DNA of 64,000 bases, taken from contig CP067995.1 in NCBI GenBank assembly GCA_045159875.1, forward strand, positions 672,001-736,000. Reading direction: 5' to 3'. The notes under the pieces were generated by a model that was given only the letters and a program-made list of their open reading frames with translations, was not told the origin of the DNA and did not search any database. How positions within the stretch are numbered: the stretch's first letter is position 1; each line of letters starts with the position of its first letter. Positions 21,560 through 34,961 of this stretch are shown piece by piece. Made by a program: the position numbers and the translations under genes. The DNA comes from a cyanobacterium endosymbiont of Rhopalodia gibba (GTDB lineage Bacteria > Cyanobacteriota > Cyanobacteriia > Cyanobacteriales > Microcystaceae).

Positions 21560-23260
21560 TTGCTCATGAAAATTGCCATCGCTCAACTTAATCCAACTAT
21601 TGGAGACTTAGCAAATAATGCTAAAAAAATTGTAGAAGCGGCTCAATTTGCTGCTCATCAAAATGCTAGGCTTTTACTAACCCCTGAATTATCTTTATGT
21701 GGCTATCCTCCCCGCGACTTACTCCTTGATCCTAGTTTTATTAAGTCCCTTTCTATTGAATTACAAAGTTTAGCTCAGAAGTCCCCCTCTCAATTAGCTA
21801 TTTTAGTGGGAACAGTTACTCCTAATCATGATGCTCATATTAAAGGAGAAAAGCCTCTTTTTAATAGTATTGCTTGGTTAGAAAATAATCGGGTAAAAAA
21901 GATATTTCATAAAAGACTTTTGCCGACGTATGATGTCTTTGATGAAGATCGCTATTTTGAACCAGGACGACAAAGTAATTATTTTGAATTATTACCTGAT
22001 TCCCAGTCATCTACTCCTTTAAAAATTGGTATTACAATATGTGAAGATTTGTGGAATGATGAAAAGTTTTGGGGAGGGAAATATTATGAGGATAATCCCC
22101 TAGAAGATTTGCTTAAATCGGGAGTTGATTTAATTTTAAATTTATCTGCTTCTCCCTATAACATCGGCAAGCATAAGATACGAGAACAAATGGTAAAACA
22201 TAGCAGCAAACACTATCAAGTTCCTATTATTTATGTCAATCAAATTGGTGGTAATGATGACTTAATTTTTGATGGAAATAGTTTTGCCGTAAATAAAAAG
22301 AGTGAAATTGTATTACGATTAAAAGCATTTGAGGAAAATATTGATTTTATTAATTTAAAAATTCAAGATAAAGATCTTTCTTTGTCAAGAATAAATGATG
22401 AAATAAAAATAGAGGAAGAAGAAATTTGGCTAGCCCTAGTTTTAGGAGTTAAAGACTATGTGAGAAAATGTGGTTTTTCTAAAGTTATTTTAGGATTAAG
22501 TGGGGGAATTGACTCTGCGTTAGTTGCTGCGATTGCTGCAGAAGCGTTAGGAAGAGAAAATGTATTAGCATTACTTATGCCATCCCCTTATAGTTCTTCC
22601 CATTCTATTATTGATGCTGAAGCTTTAGTTAAAAATTTAGGTATTAACAGTTATAAGTTACCTATTGGGAATATTATGAAATCTTATAATATTCTACTAG
22701 ATCCCTTATTTAAAGGAACAGAATTTGGGATTGCTGAAGAGAATATTCAATCTCGCATTCGGGGTAACTTATTGATGGCTATTGCTAATAAATTTGGTTA
22801 TCTTCTACTATCTACTGGAAATAAATCAGAAATGGCAGTTGGTTATTGCACTTTGTATGGTGATATGAATGGAGGGTTGGCTGTTATCTCAGATGTGCCT
22901 AAAACTCGTGTATTTTCCCTTTGTCGCTGGCTGAATTGTAACAAAGAAATGATACCTTATAATATTTTAGTTAAATCCCCTAGTGCGGAACTAAAACCTA
23001 ATCAAACCGATCAAGACTCTTTGCCCTCTTATGAAGTACTTGATGAGATTTTAGAGCGATTAATTCATCGCCATCAATCAGTTAGTCAAATTAATGAAGC
23101 AAGATTTGATTTAAGCACTATCGATAAAGTAATAAAATTAGTTGCCCGTGCTGAATTTAAACGAAAACAGGCTTCCCCAGGATTAAGAGTAACTGATAGA
23201 GCATTTGGAACAGGTTGGAAAATGCCTATTGCAAATCGTTGGAAAATTGATTTATCCTAG
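21560..23260 (+). CDS. nadE: Glutamine-dependent NAD+ synthetase
   Basis: Nitrilase domain (TPELSLCGY, LPTYDVFDE, ICEDLW) fused to a synthetase domain (GLSGGIDS, ENIQSRIRG, STGNKSE). Confidence 0.97.
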   Translation: MLMKIAIAQLNPTIGDLANNAKKIVEAAQFAAHQNARLLLTPELSLCGYPPRDLLLDPSFIKSLSIELQSLAQKSPSQLAILVGTVTPNHDAHIKGEKPLFNSIAWLENNRVKKIFHKRLLPTYDVFDEDRYFEPGRQSNYFELLPDSQSSTPLKIGITICEDLWNDEKFWGGKYYEDNPLEDLLKSGVDLILNLSASPYNIGKHKIREQMVKHSSKHYQVPIIYVNQIGGNDDLIFDGNSFAVNKKSEIVLRLKAFEENIDFINLKIQDKDLSLSRINDEIKIEEEEIWLALVLGVKDYVRKCGFSKVILGLSGGIDSALVAAIAAEALGRENVLALLMPSPYSSSHSIIDAEALVKNLGINSYKLPIGNIMKSYNILLDPLFKGTEFGIAEENIQSRIRGNLLMAIANKFGYLLLSTGNKSEMAVGYCTLYGDMNGGLAVISDVPKTRVFSLCRWLNCNKEMIPYNILVKSPSAELKPNQTDQDSLPSYEVLDEILERLIHRHQSVSQINEARFDLSTIDKVIKLVARAEFKRKQASPGLRVTDRAFGTGWKMPIANRWKIDLS

Positions 23261-23429
23261 CTAGGAGCACAATACTTCTATTGTCTTTGAGATCAATTGC
23301 GGTAAAGTAGTGCAGCGGCTCGGTTGGATCATGACCCATAGTTATTGAGCTATCTGAAAAGTCAACATCTTTTCAAGAACGATAAATATAAACCCCGCGA
23401 TTTTTTTGTCTAACTATCTTGAATAATGC

Positions 23430-24376
<947 letters not shown>

Positions 24377-24556
24377 AGTGTTCTGGGGGTTGTTCTTTAA
24401 GTTCAAGAATTAGTTAACTAGAAGAAATTCTTGTAACGAATACGTGACATTTTATGGTTTATAAGTTAAAGTAACTACTCTTTTGAAGGTAAGTCAAAGA
24501 ACTTTAAGGAGAGTTTATTTTTAAATAAATTTAAAGTTTACAGTAAGCCTTTTAGG

Positions 24557-24594
24557 ACTGAAGTCCCTTATGATTTCATAGTCGGGACTTCAGT
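24557..24594. repeat. Inverted repeat with 11-bp GC-richer arms
   Basis: ACTGAAGTCCC...GGGACTTCAGT with a partly paired interior, downstream of clpB. Confidence 0.7.
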
Positions 24595-24963
24595 AATTAT
24601 GCCTCTACTCTTAATCATCCAACATAATCAAAGAGTTCAGAAAATTTATTATCTTTTTTTAAGACGTTTAATTTAACAAAAATTTAAACATAGATAAAGA
24701 ATTCTAAAAAAGAAGAAGAATTTCTTGATGTCTTTCTCTGAGCGCAATTTTTTTTGACAAAATGAAATAAAAGTCATCTAAATTTTTTCGAGCATCAGAG
24801 TAATCGCGGAAACAGTTAGGATATTTTTCTGTTTCTTATTGCCTTGAAACACTAGTTCAGAATCTATTAAGAAATCTGGCGTTGCTATGTTATTTAGCGT
24901 AGCCTAGAAATTTTAAAAATTGCATACTCCTGTATTCAAAACAAACTACTTCTACCGAATTGT

Positions 24964-27642
24964 TTAAGAACTCTGGGGAAAAATTACTTCAGGTTTTACC
25001 TTGACAATATTTTCTTCTGATTCTTCTTTACAAAATTCTAAGTTACTATTATGACAATCAACAATAACTTGATCACCAGAAACGAATCTATTTTCTAGTA
25101 TTCTTGTCGCCATAGGATTCTCTAATTCTCGTTGAATAGCCCGTTTTAAAGGACGCGCTCCATAGACGGGATCATAACCAGAACTAACAATATGATCTAG
25201 GGCTGATTCTGTTAACTTTATCCTGATTTTTTGTTCTTTAAGTAATTTTTCAATTCGTTTGATTTGCAGACGCACAATCTGCCGTAACTCTGTTTTCTTA
25301 AGGGTATGAAAAATAATCAGATCATCGATACGGTTCAGAAATTCGGGACGGAAATGTTGACGCAATGATTGTAAAACCTTTTTACGCATTTCCTCATAAT
25401 CCGTGTCATCTTGTGTAAGGTTGAGAATGTGGCTACTTCCTATGTTACTAGTCATTACAATAATAGCGTTACGGAAATCTATCACTCGTCCTTGAGAATC
25501 AGTAATACGTCCATCATCGAGGACTTGCAAAAGAACATTAAAGACATCTAAATGGGCTTTTTCCACTTCATCCAGCAACACTACACAATAGGGACGACGA
25601 CGGACTGCTTCAGACAATTGTCCCCCTTTCTCATACCCCACATATCCAGGGGGCGCACCAACCAATCGAGAGACAGTTTGTTTTTCCATATACTCAGACA
25701 TATCAATGCGAACCATTGCCTCTTCTGAGTCGAAGAGAAAAGCGGCTAATGCCCTAGCTAGTTCAGTTTTTCCCACCCCCGTAGGACCCATAAACAAGAA
25801 TGAACCAATAGGACGGGAAGGATCTTTCATTCCAGCCCTAGCACGGCGAATGGCAGCAGCAACAGCGGCTACAGCTTCTTGTTGTCCAATAACCTTTTCG
25901 TGTAGATATCCTTCAAGTTTAAGAAGTTTTTGACGTTCGGTCGCTAACAAACGATTAGTAGGGATACCTGTCCATCCAGCTACAATTTCAGCAATATCAG
26001 AGTCGGAGACTTGTTCTCGGAGTAAGGTTTTTCCCTGTGATTGAATATCAAGAAGTCTAGTTTCTTTAGCTTCCCGTTGTCGTTGAACTACCTCTAATTT
26101 ACCGTATTTTAATTGGGCTGCTTTGTTCAGTTCGTAAGCTCTTTCTGCTTGTTCAACTTGTAGACGTAGCTGTTCTTCCTCTTCTTTGAGAGTATTAATA
26201 TCATCAAGTATCTGTTTTTCCAGCTGCCATTGGGACGCAAGTTGTTCGTGAGTAGATTCTAATTTTTTTATTTCTTTTTGAATGCCTTCTAAACGTTCTT
26301 TGGAAGCGCGATCAATGATTAACATTCCTCGTTGTTCTTCTCCCTCTAAGGAAAGTTTTTCCATTTGTAACTGCATTAAACGACGATCAACATCTTCTAG
26401 TTCAACAGGTTTAGAGGTGATCTCCATTTTTAACTTAGCTGCGGCTTCATCTACAAGGTCAATGGCTTTGTCGGGTAAAAAGCGACCAGTAATATAACGA
26501 TGGGAAAGAGTTGCTGCAGCCACTAATGCTGAGTCAGTAATTTTGACCCCATGATGAACCTCATAGCGTTCTTTGAGTCCCCTTAGAATGGAAATGGTAT
26601 CTTCCACACTCGGTTGTTTGACATACACTTGTTGAAAACGTCGTTCCAGAGCAGGATCTTGTTCAATATGCTTCCGGTACTCATCAAGAGTTGTTGCACC
26701 GATGCAGCGCAATTCTCCGCGGGCTAACATGGGTTTTAATAGGTTGCCTGCATCCATGCCTCCTCCTTCACGAGAACCTGCCCCGACAACGGTATGAAGT
26801 TCATCAATAAAGAGAATAATTTCTCCCCCAGATTGGGTAACTTCTCGCATTACGGTTCGTAGACGTTCTTCAAATTCCCCTCGGTATTTAGCCCCCGCGA
26901 TGAGACTTCCCATGTCTAGAGAAATTAATTTACGACTTTTGAGAGACTCAGGAACGTCCCCGTTAATAATACGTTGGGCTAACCCTTCGGCAATCGCAGT
27001 TTTTCCGACTCCTGGTTCTCCAATTAAGACGGGATTATTTTTTGATCTACGGGAAAGAACCTGAATCACACGACGAATTTCTTCATCTCGGCCAATTACA
27101 GGGTCAAGTTTTCCTTTTTTTGCTTGCTCAGTAAGATCTCGCCCATATTTCACAAGAGCTTCATAATTATCTTCTTGGTTTGGTTCGGTAACTTTTTGTG
27201 ATCCTCGAAGTGCCCTTATCTCTTTCTCTAAGTCTTGGGGGTCAAATTGAAAACTCTTCAAGCAACGTCGTCCAATGCGTTCATCTTCAGCAAATCCCAT
27301 CAACAGATGTTCAACGGAAATATATTTATCTTGCCAACTTTCACGAGAAGCTTCCGCACGATTTAACATCAAATCTAAGCCCTGTCCTAGGTAAAGTTGA
27401 TCGACAGTAATTACTTTAGATTGACGGTTGCTAAAAACTTCTAATTGTTGTTGTAATCGGAGAACATCTAGGTTAGCTCTTTCTAAAATGCGAATAGTTA
27501 AACCTTTTTCCTGTTCTAACAGGGCTAAAACAACGTGTTCTACTTCTAAGGTTTGATTTCTAAAACGCCGGGCTACGTCTTGCGATTTGACGATCGCGTC
27601 CCAGGCTTGTTCTGTAAATTTACTTGAATCAGTTGGCTGCAT
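24964..27642 (-). CDS. clpB: ATP-dependent chaperone ClpB
   Basis: Two AAA modules ([16 protein letters not shown]), a coiled-coil middle domain and RPEFLNRID. The ATG at 27642 (MQPTD) is preferred over the TTG at 27672. Confidence 0.96.
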   Translation of the reverse strand: MQPTDSSKFTEQAWDAIVKSQDVARRFRNQTLEVEHVVLALLEQEKGLTIRILERANLDVLRLQQQLEVFSNRQSKVITVDQLYLGQGLDLMLNRAEASRESWQDKYISVEHLLMGFAEDERIGRRCLKSFQFDPQDLEKEIRALRGSQKVTEPNQEDNYEALVKYGRDLTEQAKKGKLDPVIGRDEEIRRVIQVLSRRSKNNPVLIGEPGVGKTAIAEGLAQRIINGDVPESLKSRKLISLDMGSLIAGAKYRGEFEERLRTVMREVTQSGGEIILFIDELHTVVGAGSREGGGMDAGNLLKPMLARGELRCIGATTLDEYRKHIEQDPALERRFQQVYVKQPSVEDTISILRGLKERYEVHHGVKITDSALVAAATLSHRYITGRFLPDKAIDLVDEAAAKLKMEITSKPVELEDVDRRLMQLQMEKLSLEGEEQRGMLIIDRASKERLEGIQKEIKKLESTHEQLASQWQLEKQILDDINTLKEEEEQLRLQVEQAERAYELNKAAQLKYGKLEVVQRQREAKETRLLDIQSQGKTLLREQVSDSDIAEIVAGWTGIPTNRLLATERQKLLKLEGYLHEKVIGQQEAVAAVAAAIRRARAGMKDPSRPIGSFLFMGPTGVGKTELARALAAFLFDSEEAMVRIDMSEYMEKQTVSRLVGAPPGYVGYEKGGQLSEAVRRRPYCVVLLDEVEKAHLDVFNVLLQVLDDGRITDSQGRVIDFRNAIIVMTSNIGSSHILNLTQDDTDYEEMRKKVLQSLRQHFRPEFLNRIDDLIIFHTLKKTELRQIVRLQIKRIEKLLKEQKIRIKLTESALDHIVSSGYDPVYGARPLKRAIQRELENPMATRILENRFVSGDQVIVDCHNSNLEFCKEESEENIVKVKPEVIFPQSS

Positions 27643-28381
27643 TATTGGCTTAATTCCCTGCGGGTAAGGCAAAAGGCAAAAGTTGATGACAATACGATAT
27701 TCAACTTATCCTAATACCCTTATTTTAATCGGTAGTATGATGAGCGGTAGAAAGGAAGACGGTCCTAATTTCTGAGCCTGTCAAGTTTCACTAGGGACAT
27801 AGTCAAATTAGATTCTCATCAAACCTAAATAATAGGATATTAATTTTCATTGAACAAATTTTTAACTATCCGTCGGACAATTGATTCAGAAGATTCGAAA
27901 TTATTTTTACTTAATAACTTTTTCATCATAAGTTTATTTTTTTCTTTAATTACAAGTTATTTTACCTCTAAATAGACTATTTTAATAACATTAAACAGAC
28001 AATAATACAACTATCTAAATTCTTCTAGATTTTGTTATATCCTCCAACATTTTTTTAAAAAAAACATACAATTTTTATCTACTTGGAACATCTCTTGTGC
28101 GTATAAAAATTGATTACACGAGCAATTAAAATCGACAAATTTATCTAGTATTTTTTTTATAAAAATTAACTGCAATAATTTTAATTGTCTTGGTTTCTGT
28201 CCCATTCATATATTTTTTATAACTTTCTTGCCAGTTTAAGATAGCCAAAATATCTAGTTGGTAGCAAGAGCTTGGCTCTGTTAATACACCTAAACTGAAG
28301 CTTACTACCAACCCAGATCTTTATGCACCATATGCATATTTTAGCTGTGTTAGTTTACTTTTTTCTAAATTTCTATCTATT

Positions 28382-29188
28382 CTAAGTTGTTGCCCAAAAT
28401 CTGATAACATACCAGAGGGCTTTTACCCCATCCGTCCAATTAATTTTTTTACCCTCAGCATAAGATCGCCCATAATAGGAAACTCCTGCTTCATATAAAC
28501 GCCAGCGACGGTGAGACTTAGCTACCTTAACGGTAAACTCTACTTCAAAACCGAAGTCATTACAATTCAATTTTATATCATCTAACACTTCCCTTCGGAA
28601 CATTTTTGTACAAACTTCAATATCTGTTAAAGTTGTGTTGCAAAGTAAATTAATAAAGTTAGAAATAACCTGATTACCTAAGAGGTGATGAAAATATAAA
28701 ACCCGATGGGGTTCACCATAAAAGCGAGAGCCATAGACTACATCAGCCCACCCTTCCTGAATTAATCGCCACATCCGTTTCCAGTCTTGTGGATCATATT
28801 CTAGGTCGGCATCCTGAATCAGAATGACCTCTCCTGTAGCGGCTTTAAACCCTGTTCGTAAGGCAGCTCCTTTGCCTTGATTATGTTTATGGAAGATCAA
28901 TTGAACACCGACAGATAAAGAGTCAGAAGATGCTACTTCTCCTCGAGAATGATGAGTTTCGCATTTGATAACTATTAATCGTTGATTACTATCAAGTTCA
29001 ATTCTTACCTTCTGGCTATTCGCTTGGCCAAAGGTTCGTTCTAACCATTCTCTGGTTCCATCAGTCGAGCCATCATCAACTATAACAATTTCTTTCGAAA
29101 TCCCTGGAAGTGCTTGAGCTACTTTGGTCAAAGCACTTTCTATAGTATGAATTTCATTGTAAACAGGAATAACAATCGATAATTTCAT
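28382..29188 (-). CDS. Glycosyltransferase family 2 (DPM1/GtrB-like)
   Basis: SIVIPVYNE, VDDGSTDGT, NQGKGAA, QDADLEY and VVYGSRF motifs; AGGAG RBS before the ATG at 29188. Confidence 0.9.
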   Translation of the reverse strand: MKLSIVIPVYNEIHTIESALTKVAQALPGISKEIVIVDDGSTDGTREWLERTFGQANSQKVRIELDSNQRLIVIKCETHHSRGEVASSDSLSVGVQLIFHKHNQGKGAALRTGFKAATGEVILIQDADLEYDPQDWKRMWRLIQEGWADVVYGSRFYGEPHRVLYFHHLLGNQVISNFINLLCNTTLTDIEVCTKMFRREVLDDIKLNCNDFGFEVEFTVKVAKSHRRWRLYEAGVSYYGRSYAEGKKINWTDGVKALWYVIRFWATT

Positions 29189-32073
29189 AAGAGATCTCCT
29201 CGAACACCCTTTCAATGGTTAATTTTGTTAATTGACCTAACTTTACTCTTTTTTTCTCCTTACTTATACCAGTTTGTCCCTAGTTATTGCAAAGCTTCTA
29301 AAAATTTGATGTGAGTCAATTAAAGTTAATAAATAAAGTTCAATGCTAGATATTAGCGTAACTAATATCTATTGTCATCATAGTGAAAAAAAGTTCTTCA
29401 AGGTCAGATTTTAATATCTAACAATACTACTAGGGTTTTTCAAGCATTAGTATATAATAAATAATCTTGTGAAGTGGCACAAAATAGAAAATTTATGTTA
29501 CTCAAGAACCTATAAATTTATATGGGCTTCACGAAGTTAAATTTTATCAACGAGTTTCACTGATTTTTACTTTATCTTTTGTTTGTAAAAAATAATTAAT
29601 TAAAATTTCTAATTAATAGAGGTTTTCTAAAGACTTCTTGAGTAATATATTTTCAATTTCTAAAAATTTTATTAATTAAACTCTGCGTTAAATTAGAAAT
29701 ACACTTGTATCTATTAACGTTACCTAGGATCAACTTTAAAGCCAATAACTCACCGCAGTCGCCTATAATCCAATATAGTTTCAATTTAAAATGCTATCCA
29801 ATATGATTTTATACTAATCATTGAACCAATCCAATTAAGTCTTTAAAAACTTAATTTATTTAACTACGAGATCGATAACAAATTTTTACTTTAATCAATT
29901 TAATAAAAATAATTTTTATGATTTTTTATTTATAAATTAGTAATACATAAAATATTAGTATCCTTATATAAAAGATAAACTTTATAAGATAAAAAATGTT
30001 TAATTTTATAAAAAATTTATATTAAATAATATTAAAATTCATTATGATAGTTACAATTTTATCTCTTCTTAAATAAAAGCGACATTTTTTTCTTTAAAAG
30101 AAATACTGTTATTCAATAATAAAAATGACAGTATTTTTTTGATTTTTAATATGAGTAATCTAGATTATAAAAAGTTTTTTTAAGATCAATATATAGTTTT
30201 ATAATTAAATTTATAGACCTTAATAAGGGTAATCTATAATATAGAGTCTCCACTTTTTTTCTCTCCATAAATTGCTGTAGAATTTATCTTTAACAGAATA
30301 TTTTTAACTAAAATACTAACGAAGTATTTAAAAAAATTAGTTAAATTTATCAAAACCAGTATAAATATTCCTATGGTTAAGTTAATTTTTCTGTCAAAAT
30401 CATTTCAGCAAATATTCATCTATTTTACTAAAGTGAACCTAATAGCGATTACACCCAGAATAAGAACTCAAGTAAGGGCTGTAGCTACTTTAGGTAAAGT
30501 ATCCGTAATACCCCGTTAGATACAGGCAAAATCTTAACTAGTAACTGTTACTATAATTCAATCTAAATCACAAATTAAGTTGGCTAAATTGTACTTATAA
30601 TGACTTCACTAATCCCTAGTAATTAGTCTCTACTAAAAATTAGTCATATTATTTATTAATAAAACAATAATAGTAGCATTCCTGTTAACTAATAATTTAA
30701 ATACTAAGTAAAATTAAAAATAATAAATTGAGTTTTATACTTATTTAAATTTAAAATATATTTTTTGACAAAGAAAGTAAATTTTTGACAACAATTACTA
30801 CTCACTAGTATATTTCTATTTTTTTTTTAAAAAAGTTGTAATAACAGATTATTTATTTGGGTTATACTTAATAAGTTATGATTAGTCTCTTTATTATAAA
30901 ATTCAGTTATCTATACTGTGTATTTTAAGCAATTATTCTAATTTTAGAAAAAATGATTTTTATCGTACTCATATTATTGTTAGCGCGATTTTAAGTATTT
31001 TTATGTTATCAGTTATTGCTTTGACTTCTAGTCAAAGTTTAATTTATGTTAGAATTTTTATCTATTTCCACAGCAAAATAAGCTTCTTTTAAAGAAGACT
31101 ATATTATTCTCATCATAACGGAAGTTATTGTATTAGGATTGGTAGCTATTATTAGAAATAGTTCTTTGCAAGAGTAGCTAATACTCAAACTAATGGCTAC
31201 TCTTACTAGTTTACCATTACATGGTTAAAACAACTTTCTTCTGCATTTTAACAATACGGTAAGTTCTTATTAATGTATCGTATTGTTATTGTATTTGGGT
31301 AAAACCTTTATATGAACAAGATTTATTCTTCTGAGTAAAAATAATTTTAGGATAACGTCATTAATTATTGAACTTTATTAGTTGGTAATGATGATAGTAT
31401 GTTTAATTAAACTTACAAATATTAATTATTTTTTGATTGTTAGGTCCCATTTAGGTTTAGTAGTTTTACTGAAATGGTGTGATAAAAGACTGAATTTAGA
31501 AAACAAAATAGCTATCATTAAATCTTATTAATTTATTTAAAAACTCTTTTTTTAAAATATTTACTTTCTCCTTTTTATCCTATAGTTTTATATTAAATTT
31601 AATTTAATTAAGAGTGTAATTCATGGATAAATTAAATACTATCTTTTTGAATAAAAAAAATTTTAAACTGATTAAAAATCAGTTACATGAAAACTAAAAA
31701 TAAATTAATCGTAAGCTAATTTTTTTTAAAAAAATGTCATGCATTTAAAGTAAAGAGTAATAAGTTCGACCAAGAAAGTCGAGGGAATAGATAAGTGACT
31801 AGAAAAAGTATAAAAAATCAAGAAATCAAGTTTGGGGGTTAATTGTTCTTTTGTTCTGTGCCATTCCTACTGCCACTATATTATTTTTTGAGTCCAACCG
31901 TTAACCAACAAAGCATGATCTGATATTTCAGATTAGCTTTAATGTAACAGTTAAAGGTGATAAAATCAGAGATAGTAAATAAAACATAGGGCAAAAAAAG
32001 CTTGTTTAAAATAAATTAACTTGTTGACTTGAAGTGTTGGGAGAAACAATAGTAATTCCTTCTGATTCTTTCT

Positions 32074-34212
32074 ATGATGATGTCTCAATCTAACTCTCTT
32101 GAACAGTCCTTAAAACACTTTTTTGGTTATGATAGTTTTCGTCTTGGACAAGCAGAGATTGTCGAAGAAGCCCTACAAAACCATGACTTATTAGTAATCA
32201 TGCCGACAGGGGGGGGAAAATCCCTTTGTTTTCAACTGCCTGCCTTACTTAAACCTGGTCTAAGTGTGGTAATTTCCCCCTTAATTGCTCTAATGCAAGA
32301 TCAAGTAGACACTCTATTAGATAATGGCATTGGGGCAACCTTTCTCAATAGTAGTCTTAGTTCTCAAGAAATACGGTCTCGTGAACAAGCAATTGTTCAG
32401 GGAAAAATAAAACTGCTGTATGTCGCCCCAGAAAGATTATTAAATGAAAAATTTACCCCGTTTTTAGGTTTTATTTCTCAAAAAATCGGAATTTCTGCCT
32501 TTGCGATTGATGAAGCTCATTGTGTGTCTGAATGGGGGCATGATTTTCGGACTGAATATCGACAACTAAAACAACTCCGTCAATGCTATCCTCAAGTTCC
32601 TATGTTTGCTTTAACTGCAACAGCTACCAAGCGAGTACAAGAAGATATCATCAAGCAGTTAGGATTAAGACAGCCAAGAATTCATATTACTAGTTTTAAT
32701 CGTCCTAACCTTTACTACGATGTAAAACTTAAAGAACGCAATAGTTATAATACATTACTATCTTATATTCGTGGACAAAAAGGGACAGGAATTGTCTATT
32801 GTCTCAGTCGTCGTTCAGTGGATGAAATTGCCTGTTATTTACAAAACGATGGAATTAATGCTTTGCCCTATCATGCAGGAATGGATGATCAGACAAGACG
32901 ATTAAATCAAAACCGTTTTATTCGAGATGATGTACAAGTTATAGTAGCAACAATTGCCTTTGGAATGGGCATTGATAAACCTGATGTTCGCTTCGTTATT
33001 CATTATGATTTACCTCGTAATTTAGAAGGTTATTATCAAGAGTCAGGACGGGCAGGAAGGGATGGAGAACCAGCAGAGTGTACCTTGTTTTTTAGTTTAT
33101 CTGACGTCAAAAGAATTGAATATATAATTAATCAAAAAACTTCTTCTCAAGAACGAAAAGTATCCTGTCAGCAGTTACGTCAAGTAGTAGATTATGCTGA
33201 AGGCGTTGACTGTCGTCGCACCATTGTCCTACAGTATTTTGGGGAAAGATTTTTAGGGAATTGTGGTAATTGTGACAATTGTCTTAACCCAAAACCTGTA
33301 GAAGACTGGACAATCGAAGCACAAAAATTTCTTTCTTGTGTTGTCCGTTGTGATGAAAAATTTGGCATGACTCATATTATTGATGTCTTACGGGGATCGA
33401 AAAAGCGCAAAATAGAACAATATGGTCATCATCTTCTGTCAACTTATAGTATTGGAAAAGACAAAAGTTTAGCTGAATGGAAGATGCTCGGACGGTCTTT
33501 AATTCATCAAGATCTATTAAATGAAACTAGCGATGGATTTTCAGTATTAAAACTTAATAAACGGAGTTGGGAAATATTAAAAAAACAGAGAAAAGTAAAG
33601 ATTTCAGTTAATCCAAAATCATCCTTAAAAATATTAATAGACAATAAATATGGAACGACTGAGATTGAGTTGCTCTTTGCTCGATTAAGAAACTTAAGAA
33701 AACAGTTAGCAGATAGTAATAATATAGCTCCATATGTTATTTTTGCTGATTTAAGTTTAAAATTAATGGCACAATTAAAACCCAAAAATTTACAAGAATT
33801 TTCTAAAATTTCTGGAGTAACTGACTTTAAAATCAATCAATATGGAGAGGATTTTTTGTCAGAAATTAGGTCGTTTGTTCGAGAACAAACTTCTCCAGAT
33901 ACTCTGCCCACTTCAAGTAATATGATTACTTTACAGTTATACCAACAGGGATTAAATACGGCGGAAATCGCTAAGATACGAGGGTTGAAAGAAAGTACCA
34001 TTTACTCTCACCTCTCGGAATTAATCGAAGTAAGACAACCAGTAGATATAAATAAATTGGTTCTTCCAGTTAGACAAGATATTATTATTCAAGCCATCAA
34101 GAAAATTGGGGACGGCACCCTAACTCCTATTAAAGAATATTTAGGAGATAATTACAGCTACAATGAGATTAAATTAGTTAGAGCTTGGTATCGAAGTGAA
34201 CAACAACCTTGA
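32074..34212 (+). CDS. recQ: DNA helicase RecQ
   Basis: PTGGGKS, DEAHCVSEWGHDFR and QESGRAGRDG motifs, Zn-binding cysteines, RQC and HRDC domains. Confidence 0.97.
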   Translation: MMMSQSNSLEQSLKHFFGYDSFRLGQAEIVEEALQNHDLLVIMPTGGGKSLCFQLPALLKPGLSVVISPLIALMQDQVDTLLDNGIGATFLNSSLSSQEIRSREQAIVQGKIKLLYVAPERLLNEKFTPFLGFISQKIGISAFAIDEAHCVSEWGHDFRTEYRQLKQLRQCYPQVPMFALTATATKRVQEDIIKQLGLRQPRIHITSFNRPNLYYDVKLKERNSYNTLLSYIRGQKGTGIVYCLSRRSVDEIACYLQNDGINALPYHAGMDDQTRRLNQNRFIRDDVQVIVATIAFGMGIDKPDVRFVIHYDLPRNLEGYYQESGRAGRDGEPAECTLFFSLSDVKRIEYIINQKTSSQERKVSCQQLRQVVDYAEGVDCRRTIVLQYFGERFLGNCGNCDNCLNPKPVEDWTIEAQKFLSCVVRCDEKFGMTHIIDVLRGSKKRKIEQYGHHLLSTYSIGKDKSLAEWKMLGRSLIHQDLLNETSDGFSVLKLNKRSWEILKKQRKVKISVNPKSSLKILIDNKYGTTEIELLFARLRNLRKQLADSNNIAPYVIFADLSLKLMAQLKPKNLQEFSKISGVTDFKINQYGEDFLSEIRSFVREQTSPDTLPTSSNMITLQLYQQGLNTAEIAKIRGLKESTIYSHLSELIEVRQPVDINKLVLPVRQDIIIQAIKKIGDGTLTPIKEYLGDNYSYNEIKLVRAWYRSEQQP

Positions 34213-34677
34213 TACTTTTATATAATTTTAGGAACCAACTATTTTCACTTGAATTATGTTATTCGATTGCCAGGTTTGATTCTGATAGAATATTTTTATC
34301 TAAAAAAATAGCAAAAAAATATGATATCTAGGTTCCAATTTTTTGAGTAGATTTTAGCATTTTGACCGTAAGAATTGATAAGTAATCCTATCTTCAGAAT
34401 ACTGACAAGGTATTCTTGTATCTTTATCTATAGAAGTTTTAAATTATTGTTTTTAGAATGGAGTTAAATCACAAAGTCAAGACGCAGGAGAAAATTTTTG
34501 TTCCTGTTTGGGTGTTTGAGTATTATAGTACTTTAGCTTTACCCAGGCTGCATTAGAACAGGGATAGTTTCCAGTCGGTAATTTTAAAACTGTTGAAGAA
34601 ATAAAGAATTCACTGAGCTGTATTTGACGATTATAAATATTTAAGTAGTCAATATAATTCGTTTTTTTTACTCTAAC

Positions 34678-34733
34678 TTGGAGTAGGTCGGGCGATAATC
34701 ATCACAAAATGATTATTGCCCGACCTACTCCAA
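34678..34733. repeat. REP-like inverted repeat, 25-bp arms (1 mismatch), 6-nt loop
   Basis: TTGGAGTAGGTCGGGCGATAATCAT-CACAAA-ATGATTATTGCCCGACCTACTCCAA, between convergent genes. Confidence 0.9.
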
Positions 34734-34961
34734 ATTAGAAGACTTCCATTACTTTTAAAACTTACTTCACAAATTACCTCTAAGAGAGATTAGAAGATAT
34801 TGTCTAACAACAATAATTTAAGTTAGGTTTAAGTTTATTTTTTTGTTCTTAATAATCCGTAAGATTATATCGATAAACTTTTCATGTTATTCATCAGAGA
34901 ACTAGAAAATTTTAAAGCTTTCATTATTGGGAGATAATTCATCGAATATACCTTTTAACTT

